A stretch of 64,000 bases of DNA from Planktothricoides raciborskii GIHE-MW2 (GCF_040564635.1 NZ_CP159837.1:35801-99800); one strand, 5' to 3'. Positions 27,849 through 38,768 are shown, counted from the stretch's first letter. Notes: generated by a model not told the origin, from the letters alone. Made by a program: numbers and translations.

Positions 27849-29261
27849 TTAGGTAGAGACAGGAATTTTTGCTTCGATCGCTGATTCATCGATCGCCGAT
27901 TCAGAGGAATTTTCTCCAGGTTTACCGATTGGTAGATCGATACTTTGACTGTGAGTTTCTGGTAGCCAATTGATCAAAGGTAAGGGTAAAAGAGTGCTGA
28001 GGTTGGTGACGATGACTAATAACCAGAGGCGATCGAAGTTGCTTTCGGTGACGCCAAACCAATGGGTGAGTAAGGCGCCGAATTGATAAGACAACATTCC
28101 GGCTAAGTTGTTGACGGACATGAGTAAGGCAAATAAGGTGGCTTCGACTCCTGGGGGGCAAAGTCGGGCGGCGAGAATGAGTACGGGCATATAGGCAATT
28201 TGTCCCATGACCGTGAGGATTAAGCTGTCCCCCAGGCTGAACCACTGGTCATCAATGCCGATCGCCCGGTTGGCATGAGTCACCAGTAGCAAGGTGGTCA
28301 GACCGAGGGCGGTGGAAAGAATGGTAGACCAGATAAAAATTTTCCGAAAGGGAATGGTGCGGAAAAAGCGCTGAAATAACCAAATTCCCGCGAGAGAGGC
28401 AAGGCTGGTGACTAGGCGAACTCTACCCAAGAATTCTGGTTGAAATCCCAGTTCGTTGGTGGTGAAAAAGAAAAAGGCGGAGTCACTGGAAGGGGTGGCT
28501 TGCCATAGGAAGATGAAAGCAGTGGGCATCCAGATGGCTTTTTGCCCGATCGCACTTTTGAGTTGGCTGACTTGTTGCTGAATATTTTGCAGTCCAGAAC
28601 CGCTGGTAACTTTTTCTTCGGCAATTAACCAAGCCACCGCTGAAACCAATAAAGGAAAAGAGGCGGTGATGAAAAATACGGTTTGGACGCTGAAGTGTTC
28701 TAACAAAGACCCGCTAAAATACGCGGTGATTAAACCGCCCAGGGCAGAAATTCCCCAGGATAATGATTGCAAAGAACCGGCATTTTGTGCGGTTTCCTGG
28801 CGCGATCGCTCGACCACCAGAGAGTCCACAATCACGTCACTAACCGCCACAGACAAGGAACTGAGTAACATTACCGCCGTCGCAGCCCAAGGGGTATGTA
28901 CCACCGTAGCCAGTGTGACCCAGGCAGCGCTTCCCATCAATCCCGACAAAATGATGTAGGGTCGGCGCCGATAGCCGAATATCGGTAAGCCGTCGGACAT
29001 AAACCCAAATAAGGGCTTGATCACCCAAGGTAAGGCGGCAATGCCGGTTAAGGCCGAAACCTCCGCTGGACCCAAGCCCAGTTCATCTTTGAGGAAGAAG
29101 CTGACCGCCAAACGCGCTAGACCCAGGATGCCTTGGACGAAATACACCAACAAGATGGCGATGACTTCCGGGCTGGGTTCGTTGCCAAACAAGAGTTTTT
29201 GCTTAACTGATTGTTTTACGGATTGTTTCAACTTGTCTATATAACTCGGTGCGATGAACAT
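27849..29261 (-). CDS. Folate-biopterin transporter (FBT/BT1 family, MFS-like).
   Basis: 470 aa with 12 TM. PWVIKPLFGFMSDGLPIFGYRRRPYI is typical of BT1 transporters. Confidence 0.8.
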   Translation of the reverse strand: MFIAPSYIDKLKQSVKQSVKQKLLFGNEPSPEVIAILLVYFVQGILGLARLAVSFFLKDELGLGPAEVSALTGIAALPWVIKPLFGFMSDGLPIFGYRRRPYIILSGLMGSAAWVTLATVVHTPWAATAVMLLSSLSVAVSDVIVDSLVVERSRQETAQNAGSLQSLSWGISALGGLITAYFSGSLLEHFSVQTVFFITASFPLLVSAVAWLIAEEKVTSGSGLQNIQQQVSQLKSAIGQKAIWMPTAFIFLWQATPSSDSAFFFFTTNELGFQPEFLGRVRLVTSLASLAGIWLFQRFFRTIPFRKIFIWSTILSTALGLTTLLLVTHANRAIGIDDQWFSLGDSLILTVMGQIAYMPVLILAARLCPPGVEATLFALLMSVNNLAGMLSYQFGALLTHWFGVTESNFDRLWLLVIVTNLSTLLPLPLINWLPETHSQSIDLPIGKPGENSSESAIDESAIEAKIPVST

Positions 29262-29572
29262 CGTTAATATTTCTTAACATTTTTACATAACTTATATCAT
29301 ATCGTAACGAACTGTATTGTGATAGGATAGTAAAAACCGTGTAATTATTGCTACATAAGCGTTTTAGCCCGTAACTTATGGCAATTTTTGCCAATAAGTA
29401 CCTTCGGTGATCGCCCACTCACGAGGGGAAAAAAGCCCGTAGGCAGCGATCGCTGCCTGAATTTTTTGGGTAAATTAAAAGCTGAAATCCACTAAACGCA
29501 AGACTTTTCGCGAATTAATCCTGCCTCGGAGTTGAGCTTGCAGGGGAGGAAATGTGGCGATCGCGATAGTGC

Positions 29573-29601
29573 TTGACAGACCAAGTAGCTTTTGCTACAT
29601 T
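29573..29601 (+). promoter_or_regulatory. Sigma70-like promoter: TTGACA, 17-nt spacer, TACATT.
   Basis: Direct reading. The -35 is at 29573-29578 and the -10 at 29596-29601. Confidence 0.35.
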
Positions 29602-29607
29602 AGTGAT

Positions 29608-29768
29608 TAATAAGAATCAAATCTTTCAACTGCAACATTTTTATTAATAGACACACTGTAGCATCCGTTATTTGATTTTATCTTTTGTTAATACCAGTTT
29701 ACTGAGAGTGAATCTAGAACTTCAATGCTTCAGTGAACCGCAGATTTACTTCTGCGGTTTTTTTATTG
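29608..29768 (+). ncRNA. Candidate ~160-nt small RNA bounded by the promoter above and an intrinsic terminator.
   Basis: No ORF. The terminator hairpin AACCGCAGA-loop-TCTGCGGTT is followed by TTTTTTTATT at 29736-29768. Confidence 0.3.
29736..29768 (+). terminator. Rho-independent terminator.
   Basis: GC-rich 9-bp stem plus a T7 tract. Confidence 0.6.
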
Positions 29769-30054
29769 CTTAAACCAGAAATTAGCCCTATTTTAATATC
29801 GCCATGTCGTCCCTTCTTGTTAGGGCAAAATTTTCTCATCCGCAGGGTTCAACTAATCGAGTGGACTGTTCGGTGATGGCGAATCAAAGTCTGTAAAACT
29901 TGGCGATCGCCTGAATTAAAAAAACGCCATATTCTCTTGTGTAAAAATTGACTTTTCCATCAAATTCACCTCGATGGACATCATATAGTCGATTTTAGAA
30001 TAGTCAAAAATCGACTATTTCCCCGGATAAAATTAACTAAGAGAAAAACTTATT

Positions 30055-31170
30055 GTGACTGAGATGACCAACTGCCAATCTGTTCGCACAGTTGTTACCG
30101 ATCGGCATCAGAAGCGATCGCACAGTAGTTTCCCCTCTCCAGGGGAAGTGCCGACAATAGCGATCGGTTTAATCCAAATTGAGATGGCTGACGCGATCGC
30201 CCGCTATGCATTATGGCCTTCCCCCACAGTAATTATTTCTGATGGGGCTTATGGATTAGGTCTTTTTCCTGGAGATCCACCCACAGCCACCCATCTGGCA
30301 GACTGGTATGCCCCTCATATTGAGGCTTGGTCGCGCTATGCTTTACCAGAAACAACCTTATGGTTTTGGTGTAGCGAAATTGGCTGGGCAACAGTACATC
30401 CAATTTTGGCCAAAAACGGATGGGAATATCGTTCTGTGAATGTTTGGGATAAAGGAGTTGCCCATATTGCCGGAAATGTTAATAGTAAAACGATTCGTCG
30501 TTTTCCAATTGTCACAGAAATCTGCGTGCAATATATCCGCAATGTGACATTAGCCAATGGGGATGGTCAATGCTTACCGATGCAACAATGGCTACGTTAT
30601 GAATGGCAAAGAACTGGATTACCTTTTTCTAAAACTAATGAAGCTTGTGGGGTGAAAAACGCCGCAACTCGCAAATATTTTACCAAAGATCATCTGTGGG
30701 ATTTTCCCCCACCAGAAATGATGGAACGTATTGCAATTTATGCAAATGAACATGGTCAGCCAACAAAATGGCCGTATTTTTCTTTAGATGGTAATTCATT
30801 TGTCACCGCCCAAGAATGGTCACGAATGCGAGCAAAATGGAACCACATCCACGGGGTGACAAATGTTTGGTCAGTTCCCGCAGTTCGGGGAACAGAACGT
30901 CTTAAGAATACCCAAGCCAAGTGTGTCCATGCTAACCAGAAGCCACTGAGTTTAATTGAGCAAATTATTGTGGCTTCTAGCGATCCGATGGATGTAGTCT
31001 GGGAACCTTTTGGGGGTTTATGTTCTGCGGCGATCGCTTCTCAGAAAAAGAACCGTCGCTGCTATTGCTATAGTGCAGAAATTAACCCAGATTATTATGA
31101 ACTGGCAAAAATGCGGATTCAACAAGAGTACGATTTACGCGCATCAGCTTTATTTCCTGAGTTTTTCTAA
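30055..31170 (+). CDS. Solitary N6-adenine/N4-cytosine DNA methyltransferase (beta class, DNA methylase N-4/N-6 domain).
   Basis: 371 aa. A DPP-type motif (FPGDPPTA) precedes the C-terminal SAM motif EPFGGLCSAAIA. No restriction enzyme partner is adjacent. The exact start is uncertain (possibly M at MADAIARY). Confidence 0.8.
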   Translation: MTEMTNCQSVRTVVTDRHQKRSHSSFPSPGEVPTIAIGLIQIEMADAIARYALWPSPTVIISDGAYGLGLFPGDPPTATHLADWYAPHIEAWSRYALPETTLWFWCSEIGWATVHPILAKNGWEYRSVNVWDKGVAHIAGNVNSKTIRRFPIVTEICVQYIRNVTLANGDGQCLPMQQWLRYEWQRTGLPFSKTNEACGVKNAATRKYFTKDHLWDFPPPEMMERIAIYANEHGQPTKWPYFSLDGNSFVTAQEWSRMRAKWNHIHGVTNVWSVPAVRGTERLKNTQAKCVHANQKPLSLIEQIIVASSDPMDVVWEPFGGLCSAAIASQKKNRRCYCYSAEINPDYYELAKMRIQQEYDLRASALFPEFF

Positions 31171-31214
31171 GCACTTTTGACCGCGATCGCATCTATCTTA
31201 ATTGTGCCATCATC

Positions 31215-31590
31215 CCATCATCATCCCAGTATGCGGATAGCTTTAGCTTTTGAATTTTACCGTCCTGGTTAAATTCAAAAATACTAATGCCTTCCGCTTG
31301 GGCAGTTTTGCCATTTTTTGCTAATACCTGTCCATTTTACTGCTGCCTGATTTGCCGCGATCGCCACATAATCTTGAGTAATTGTCATCTGGGCAAAAAA
31401 GTTAGACAATAACCCGAAAAACTTCTCATAAGTTTCATGCACTGGGTTTCCAGGTTTACCCACTGGATCTTAAGTAATGGCATCTGCGGCTTTTCTAACC
31501 AAGCTGGGGGATTGGGGGATTCATGGCTGCTAAGTTGGTAAAATAAGAAGCGATCGCGGCGGCAATGGCGGTTTTAGACATTATGATTAA
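31215..31590 (-). pseudogene. Degraded NTF2-like/SnoaL-like gene remnant.
   Basis: Minus-strand fragments MSKTAIAAAIASYFTNLAAM..., MTITQDYVAIAANQAAVKWTGISKKWQ and FEFNQDGKIQKLKLSAYWDDDGMMAQL lie in different frames separated by stops. Confidence 0.35.
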
Positions 31591-31956
31591 CCTCTATTTA
31601 TCTAACTCTAGATTCTCACAAAAATAAAAAAAATTAAAAATAATTAAACTAATTAAAAGCAATATATTGTTAGATATATTTCAGATATTTTTATGAAAAA
31701 TTTTTTTTATATGCAATAATCTGTATAGTCATAGACGAAATGCGATAGATAATTTATGCTTAAATATTTTTATTTTGACCGTATTTTCTGGTCTAAGCTA
31801 GATTTTACCTAGAGGTAGACCTATCCTACTCGTCAGGCTAAAATTACCTTCTAAACTGCTTTTATGGTAAAAATTAACCACAGAGGTCAGAGAGAGAAAA
31901 ATCCTTATCATAATCACAAATACGCAATAACTAACTAAAACTAACAACCAATACCA

Positions 31957-33150
31957 ATGCTCCAACAAATTAAAGACTTAGCCAAAAAACTCGCACCAAG
32001 ATTAATCGAGATTCGCCGACATTTTCACAGTCATCCAGAGTTAAGTGGCCAAGAGTATGAAACGGCGGCCTATATTGCCGGGGTGCTGTCTTCTTGCGGG
32101 TTGTCTGTGCAGGAGGGGGTGGGGAAAACCGGAGTGGTCGGAGAACTGATCGGCACTGGTGCGGACGATCGCATCCTAGCCATCAGAACCGATATGGACG
32201 CGCTGCCCATTAACGAACGCACGGGGTTAGAATATGCTTCTGTAAAACCTGGGGTGATGCACGCTTGTGGCCATGATTTGCATTCCACTTTGGGACTGGG
32301 GACGGCGATGATTTTGTCCCAACTGGAAAAACCGTTGCCAGGAACGGTGCGGTTTTTGTTTCAACCTGCCGAAGAAATTGCTCAAGGAGCAGGATGGATG
32401 GTCAAAGATGGGGCGATCGCCAATGTGAGTGGGATTTTGGGGGTTCATGTTTTCCCCAGTATTCAGGCGGGTAAAATTGGCATTCGGCATGGGGCATTAA
32501 CCGCTGCTGCGGATGACTTGGAAATTGTGATTACCGGAGAGTCGGGACATGGCGCCCGTCCCCATGAGGCGATCGATGCGATTTGGATTGCCGCCCAGGT
32601 GATTACCACCCTACAACAAGCCATTAGCCGAACTCACAACCCCCTGCGTCCGGTAGTGCTGACCATTGGACAAATTGGCGGTGGACGGGCACCGAACGTG
32701 ATCGCCGATCGGGTGCAGTTGCTGGGAACGGTGCGATCGCTGCATCCAGAAACCCATGCGGAACTGCCTAACTGGATTGAAAATATTGTGGCCAATGTTT
32801 GCCAAACCTACGGGGCCAAATATCAAGTCAACTACAAACGGCTAGTGCCATCAGTATTTAATGACCCAAATTTGACCCAGTTAGTACAAAGTGCCACCGA
32901 AGAAGCGTGGGGCAATTCTTGCATTGAGATATTACCAGAAGCATCTTTAGGAGCAGAAGATTTTTCCGTATATCTGCAACATACACCGGGAATGATGTTC
33001 CGCTTGGGAGTAGGTCATCCAGAGCGATCCAATCATCCCCTACATCACCCCCAATTTAATCTCGATCCTATTGATGAATCCGCGATCGTCACGGGAATTG
33101 TCACCCTAGCTTATGCCGCGTATAAATATTGGCATTGGGCGCAAAAATAA
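31957..33150 (+). CDS. M20-family amidohydrolase (N-acyl-amino acid amidohydrolase/hippuricase type).
   Basis: 397 aa. Reads HACGHDLH and the GGGRAPNVIADR metal-binding region. Confidence 0.9.
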   Translation: MLQQIKDLAKKLAPRLIEIRRHFHSHPELSGQEYETAAYIAGVLSSCGLSVQEGVGKTGVVGELIGTGADDRILAIRTDMDALPINERTGLEYASVKPGVMHACGHDLHSTLGLGTAMILSQLEKPLPGTVRFLFQPAEEIAQGAGWMVKDGAIANVSGILGVHVFPSIQAGKIGIRHGALTAAADDLEIVITGESGHGARPHEAIDAIWIAAQVITTLQQAISRTHNPLRPVVLTIGQIGGGRAPNVIADRVQLLGTVRSLHPETHAELPNWIENIVANVCQTYGAKYQVNYKRLVPSVFNDPNLTQLVQSATEEAWGNSCIEILPEASLGAEDFSVYLQHTPGMMFRLGVGHPERSNHPLHHPQFNLDPIDESAIVTGIVTLAYAAYKYWHWAQK

Positions 33151-33274
33151 TCATCCTCATAAAATTATATGAAATCGTAATATGGGATAAAAAAAAGCCG
33201 ACTGCTGATAAAAAACAATCGGCTTTTTTCTTAACAATGGTGATTTTTAATTTAGACTAGAAACCGCTGAACGC

Positions 33275-33913
33275 TTAACAGATTAAGTCGCCCAAAGTTT
33301 CTCGGACAAACATTAAGCCTTTTTCGGCTCCATTCACCAAGAATGTGATATATTTAGAGGCTTGATTCAGCTTCTTGGCATCAATAAACAGTTCTTGAGC
33401 GGGATATTTTTCAATCACCTCCAACAAAGAAACTTGGCGATCGTCTAGAACCGATAAACCAATGGAAGAACGCAACGCCTCAATTACATTTTTCCGAGAA
33501 GGTGTATGAATCACCTGGCCAATTTCAAAAAGAAACAACTCTCCCACAATGAAGTCCATTGCTTGATTCAAAAACATAGGACTGGGAGCGGTCACTTTCT
33601 GAGTCAGTGCCGTTCTAAACATCTCTGTATCATCACTAACAAAGCCAGAGATAAATCGAATCACCTTCGAGGCTTCGCCAGTTTCAGCAAAAGTCTCTAA
33701 CTCAGACATGGGGATGGTCAATTTTTGTGGTCCATAAGTCAAAGTTACTTGTTGCACCACAGTTTGAGCAACAGTCTGGGGACTTTGAATAAACACCAAA
33801 GAAGTTGTAACTAAACAGACTGCCATTCCGAGAGCAACGAATTTATAGAGTCTTTGCGGTAAATTTCTCAACTTGTTCGCCACCCTTTTAAGAAAACTAA
33901 AAGGAAACTTCAT
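33275..33913 (-). CDS. Secreted or anchored hypothetical protein, a paralog of the next gene (possibly cyanobacteria-specific DUF1400-like).
   Basis: 212 aa with an N-terminal TM/signal. Shares conserved blocks with 34016-34726 (LTIPMSELETF / ITLQDLENF; LLEVIEKYPAQE / LLELFEFYPASQ). Confidence 0.6.
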   Translation of the reverse strand: MKFPFSFLKRVANKLRNLPQRLYKFVALGMAVCLVTTSLVFIQSPQTVAQTVVQQVTLTYGPQKLTIPMSELETFAETGEASKVIRFISGFVSDDTEMFRTALTQKVTAPSPMFLNQAMDFIVGELFLFEIGQVIHTPSRKNVIEALRSSIGLSVLDDRQVSLLEVIEKYPAQELFIDAKKLNQASKYITFLVNGAEKGLMFVRETLGDLIC

Positions 33914-34015
33914 GAATAGACTCCTGATACTAAATTCAGCGAAGTTTTCACTGATTTAAAAGTCGGGAGTTTGGGTTCTCCCATATCCCGACTTTTGAGA
34001 TTTCAAATGCCTGAC

Positions 34016-34726
34016 TTATTTGAGCCAACTAAACTTATCAGCACGAGAGCCAGCGAGAATATCGGGGATTTGAGTATCAGGTTGATAGCCAAACAAGTCA
34101 TCGGTACATACGATGTCGTACATATAACCTCTGACCACTTCCGCCAGGGGAATCACTGTATCGGCAATCAAACGAACTCGGTTAACCGCATCGCTCACAA
34201 GCTCTCCTTGAACGGAAATCTGGCTGGCGGGATAAAACTCAAAAAGTTCTAACAAATTGATTTGGTCATTTCCGGCAGCATTCAAGAAACCGTCGGCCAA
34301 GTTTTCTACACTGTTCATCGTGCCGTCACCAATCACGGGATCGATGCGAGAAAGGATAAATTGTCCGATAGAACTGCTGAGAAATTTTTCAACAAATTTC
34401 TTCGGCAGAGGAATTTCTTGGCCTAAAGCTTCACGGAGAATGCTAATCTCATCACCACTGAGTTTTAAGCGATTTAAGGCATCAGGAAGTGAACCTCTGC
34501 GGACGAAATTTTCGAGGTCTTGTAATGTGATAACTTCACGGACTCCTCGATAAATCAGATTGATTTCGTTAGCCGCAAGAGCGTTTTGAGTATTAAAGGA
34601 AAAAGTGGCAACGATCGCAACCACAAAAGCCAGAAACAAAGATAAACATCTTTTTCCGACTGTTTGAAAAAATTGGGTATTGGGACGAAGCTTTTGCATG
34701 AAGTCGCTCCGATATTTTATGTTCAT
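34016..34726 (-). CDS. Secreted or anchored hypothetical protein, a paralog of 33275-33913.
   Basis: 236 aa with an N-terminal hydrophobic segment. Confidence 0.6.
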   Translation of the reverse strand: MNIKYRSDFMQKLRPNTQFFQTVGKRCLSLFLAFVVAIVATFSFNTQNALAANEINLIYRGVREVITLQDLENFVRRGSLPDALNRLKLSGDEISILREALGQEIPLPKKFVEKFLSSSIGQFILSRIDPVIGDGTMNSVENLADGFLNAAGNDQINLLELFEFYPASQISVQGELVSDAVNRVRLIADTVIPLAEVVRGYMYDIVCTDDLFGYQPDTQIPDILAGSRADKFSWLK

Positions 34727-35212
34727 GGGTAGACTCCTGAGAGTTTATTGCAAATTGTTTGCCAGTTTTACTTGCCAGTTTTACCGAGAGTTTATGCAAA
34801 TTTTCCGTTGACCACAAAATTAGGTTAATATCTCGTGTGATACGGATTAAGGTCACTCATCTCAGTTCTGGCTCAGGTTGTCTGTGAATCCAAATAGTAG
34901 GACAATAAATTTCCTCTATCCCAGCTATACAGTTTATCTTGCTATTGTGCCACGAAACATTCTAGAGTCAACTTTTTTTCATAAAATTTCAAAAAATTTC
35001 AAAAAAAGTTGCTGGACACAGATAATTTTTTTGTGCGGTTCTAGAATAGCGTTCTAGAATCCCAATTTTCTGATGGGAAAACTCTTACACAAAATGCTGC
35101 AATTCGCCATAAATCTTTAGATAACGATAAATCAAGACGCCTAGGTCTATCTAGTTGTTCCCTGCATTAGTTTGACTACATCAAATTCAGGGGGTTAATT
35201 TTTAGGGAAGGG

Positions 35213-37258
35213 TTAAGGAAAGCGGCGACGCGGAGACAATACCATGAAAATATCGGATTGGGTACTGATATTTGTTGAAGAAGTGCTTAAGGTAATACTT
35301 CTAATATTTGCTAAAATGCTTGTGCCTAAATTAAGCAGCATATCGTTATTAATTTGTTGCGAATCTAAAAAATTGTTAACTAATGACAATAAAGAGCCAA
35401 TATTTAGATATAAATAACCATGATTCGGACGAGGCAGTGGGCTGGTAGCGGTGGTAAAGTTAAAGGCTCGATCCAGACTTAAATATGGTTGGGGATGTAG
35501 TTCTTTTAAAGGGGTTAATCCCGTGGCGACCAGCAATGTTTGTTGATTTAACCAAGTATAGGAGAATAAGCTCTCCATTGCTTGTCTTTGGGGGTTAAAA
35601 ACTTGCCATTCTGTAACCGTCTGACCATTGATAATTTCCTGTTTGAGGGTAATATTTTGCTCAGACGATCGCACCACCAATTGATCTAATCTTTGTAACG
35701 CTGTTTGGGCAGCGGCTGGATCTTTTGTTTCTAAAATTATCCCCAGGGCAAGCTGAAGTCGGGGATCAAAGGCGGGAAATAATCCTCCGGTTGAGGGAAA
35801 TAAAAAGATCGCATATTCCCCATCTAACCAAGGAATCATATTTCCTTCCATATTTGTGGCCATCGAGTCACTTGTATTTCTCAGGGTTGACCAAACTTCA
35901 GCGATCGCTGGTTGATTTAATAAGCCACGAAAGAACCTTAAAAAGAGTTGGTTTAAGTTATTTCCCGATAAAGAAAAATAGGTTGCTGCGGGGATTTGAC
36001 CATAAATATCATCGCCGACGGAATTCATCTCACTGGTGGCAATGGGGTTTTGATAATAAACCCGATATTGAGCCCGAAATCCTTCCGGTTGGAACCAAGC
36101 CAGAACTTCAGCACTACTATAAGTTTCTTCGAGTAATCCTAGGGTATTTTGTAAGTCTTGGATATTGGGGATTGCTACAGGAAAAGGTAAGCCGGTGGGG
36201 TCAAAGGTTTGATCCCAAAAACTTTTTGCTAATCCAGAGATTTCCCCATAACCAACAAAGAGCGATCGGTTAAAATCAGGATTTTCTAAAGTTCTTTGGA
36301 AATTGGGACTTTCCGCTAATTTCATTCCCCGATCGCGACTGTCCAACCACTGTTTAATCGCCTCTGGACTTGCCGCTGCTGCCAAATATCCAGGCACCAC
36401 GGCGATCGCCAAGCCCGGAGTCACTTGTGGTGGAATCGCTTCTGGCAGGCTATTTTCCTGATTAGCCATCCAGGGGGCGATCGGCAGACTCTTGCTCCCG
36501 GTTTGCGGGGCTAAACCCTGACCAAGAATTGACTGAGACTGAGATTTGAGCAATTTTTCCCAAGACGGCCATTGAGAGAACATGGGGTGAGACAAAATGG
36601 GGCCAACTTTATTCATCTTTGGCCCTAAACTCCGAGAAAAAATCTGACCCGCAGAGTGACCCGGAGAGTTCGATTCATTCGATTCAGAAGATGCTGAGGA
36701 TTCTGAGGGCAACGGCCACCTAGTTTGCTGGGCAGGAATCACTGTTTCTGGCCAGACCAAAATCTTCACCCCCTGGTATTCTTGCTCGATTGGGGGTGCC
36801 GATCGCTGCTGCTTGACTTGCTCGATAAATTGCGGCAAGGGGCTCGCATCAGTCACCGGCGCCAAGGTCAAAGTGCGATGACTGGCTGGACTGTCAGCCC
36901 GACTATCGGCGCCACTCTGGGAGGCGCTACTCTGGGAATTGGGCATCAAAACCTGAGCCGTCCAATCTCCTAACCAGGGCTTAATCTGTGTCGTAAAGTT
37001 AATTTCCGGCGGGAGATGCGGGACAAAGCCAGGAGGGGCAAAGTCTGCGGGGAGGGGTAAAAACCGACTCACATTTTCCCAGGCTTGGGGCTGGTTATTG
37101 AACAGCATCACCCCAGTAACGTTCGCGGGCAAAACTTGAGTCACCGACGGCGGGACTGGCACTGCCCCTGGTGCCTCAGTGGGTTGGGCTTGGGCGATCG
37201 CATATCCCGATTGTATTCCTAAAATACAAACCAATGGCATTGCTACACGATTGATCAC
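35213..37258 (-). CDS. Large secreted hypothetical protein with a Ser/Pro-rich low-complexity insert.
   Basis: 681 aa with a signal peptide (MINRVAMPLVCILGIQSGYAIAQA). No confident family. Confidence 0.65.
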   Translation of the reverse strand: MINRVAMPLVCILGIQSGYAIAQAQPTEAPGAVPVPPSVTQVLPANVTGVMLFNNQPQAWENVSRFLPLPADFAPPGFVPHLPPEINFTTQIKPWLGDWTAQVLMPNSQSSASQSGADSRADSPASHRTLTLAPVTDASPLPQFIEQVKQQRSAPPIEQEYQGVKILVWPETVIPAQQTRWPLPSESSASSESNESNSPGHSAGQIFSRSLGPKMNKVGPILSHPMFSQWPSWEKLLKSQSQSILGQGLAPQTGSKSLPIAPWMANQENSLPEAIPPQVTPGLAIAVVPGYLAAAASPEAIKQWLDSRDRGMKLAESPNFQRTLENPDFNRSLFVGYGEISGLAKSFWDQTFDPTGLPFPVAIPNIQDLQNTLGLLEETYSSAEVLAWFQPEGFRAQYRVYYQNPIATSEMNSVGDDIYGQIPAATYFSLSGNNLNQLFLRFFRGLLNQPAIAEVWSTLRNTSDSMATNMEGNMIPWLDGEYAIFLFPSTGGLFPAFDPRLQLALGIILETKDPAAAQTALQRLDQLVVRSSEQNITLKQEIINGQTVTEWQVFNPQRQAMESLFSYTWLNQQTLLVATGLTPLKELHPQPYLSLDRAFNFTTATSPLPRPNHGYLYLNIGSLLSLVNNFLDSQQINNDMLLNLGTSILANIRSITLSTSSTNISTQSDIFMVLSPRRRFP

Positions 37259-37423
37259 CCGATGACTCTCCCTTGTAATTCAAATTGTCAGACTAGCATA
37301 TTTGTCAGACTAGCATCCGTTTTCCGGTTTCGCAATCAATTCCTGAAAACCCAGGCTCTTATGTAATCATTTCTTAATATAAACGGTGATTTTCTGCGAG
37401 AATCGTCCCCTGGAAGCCATATG

Positions 37424-38698
37424 TTAATTTAAAGGATTCATTAACCGACCGATAAATAAAATACTGTCCGATTCATTATCTTGAATTAAAAAAATAAATG
37501 GATGGTCAGCACGAAAAGTGGTTGTCGGAGCCGTGCTCCGACTAGCGGCAATCACCCCTGATGCACCTCCTGCTTCTGTCCCCACTTCATTAACATTTAG
37601 GAAAGCTTTGTGAACAACTGTAGACAAATAAAGGTCGCCAGGGTTGCCATTCATCCCAGCAAAATTCGCTGCTTCTGGGTTAAAAGCAGTTGCCATTCCC
37701 ATTTGGAAAAGAGTTTGTTTCAGATCAAATTCAGCAGTCATTTTGAACTTGGGTAGCCATAACTCTACCATGTACTCTTGATCCGCACAGTTAATAAACG
37801 GCTGTAACGTTTCTACACTGAGATTTTGTTCTAATTGCCCCAATCTTTCTAGGCTATTTGGTAACAAAATCAACATTGATAATCCATAGTCTACATAAAA
37901 CAATCGTAAAACTTCTACTCCATCATAACTCCCATACCAAAAGCGATTTTTTTGATACATCATCGGCACAATAACCTGTTGACCAGATTCGGTTGTAAAT
38001 AAATTTTCTTCAGTGTATTGGCTCTGAAAAGGTGACAGCCAATTGCCCTCAAAATAGATAGCATTGGTTAACACTAAGCGAGTAGAATTATTCAAGACCC
38101 CTTCCGGGATTAAATCTTTAATATTTTCTTCAGTTTTTTGAGCAATCCACTCATTAATCGTATCGCGAGCCAGGTCTGGCTGATGTTGAAAATCTACTTC
38201 AGCAAAAGGTGATCCATAATATTCTTGGGTCAAGTTCATAAAACTTGCTAAAAAACCATAATTTTGTTGCCCCCAAAGTCGATTAGCAATTTGCAGTTTA
38301 TATCCGGCTGATTTGTCCAAAGCAATCAGGTTTGCCAATTGACTGAAAGCAGAATGAATCGCCGGTGATGGCAAACGAAAATGTAGCAAATCTGCCATTT
38401 CTTCGGCGGTTTGTCCGGCAGCGCCTGCGTAAGTCATGGCCAAAGCTGTAGACAAACTATAAGGGGAAAAAAATAAGTTTCCTTGGGTTTGAGATAAGTG
38501 CTGATAGAGGTCAAGAGCAAAGCGATTATTGCCATCAGCAATTGTAGTCACATCAGGATCGATCATTTTGATTTCTGAAGCAATTTCTTCACTACTGGTT
38601 ACAGAAAAACTCAGAAAACTATCCCTTGAACCGGGTTGATAAGTCAAGGTGAGTAAACCAGCGACAATTGTCGCTAACCTAGTGATTAAATATTTCAT
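37424..38698 (-). CDS. Serpin (serine protease inhibitor), secreted.
   Basis: C-terminal serpin signature FRADHPFIFLIQDNESDSILFIGRLMNP. The likely start is MKYLITRLATIV (signal peptide). The track ORF extends upstream to 38920 through an 11-bp tandem repeat. Confidence 0.85.
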   Translation of the reverse strand: MKYLITRLATIVAGLLTLTYQPGSRDSFLSFSVTSSEEIASEIKMIDPDVTTIADGNNRFALDLYQHLSQTQGNLFFSPYSLSTALAMTYAGAAGQTAEEMADLLHFRLPSPAIHSAFSQLANLIALDKSAGYKLQIANRLWGQQNYGFLASFMNLTQEYYGSPFAEVDFQHQPDLARDTINEWIAQKTEENIKDLIPEGVLNNSTRLVLTNAIYFEGNWLSPFQSQYTEENLFTTESGQQVIVPMMYQKNRFWYGSYDGVEVLRLFYVDYGLSMLILLPNSLERLGQLEQNLSVETLQPFINCADQEYMVELWLPKFKMTAEFDLKQTLFQMGMATAFNPEAANFAGMNGNPGDLYLSTVVHKAFLNVNEVGTEAGGASGVIAASRSTAPTTTFRADHPFIFLIQDNESDSILFIGRLMNPLN

Positions 38699-38699
38699 A

Positions 38700-38768
38700 G
38701 TGCTGAATATTTGCTGAATATTTGCTGAATATTTGCTGAATATTTGCTGAATATTTGCTGAATATTTT
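38700..38768. repeat. 11-bp tandem repeat TGCTGAATATT, 6 copies, at the serpin 5' end.
   Basis: Direct reading. Confidence 0.85.
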
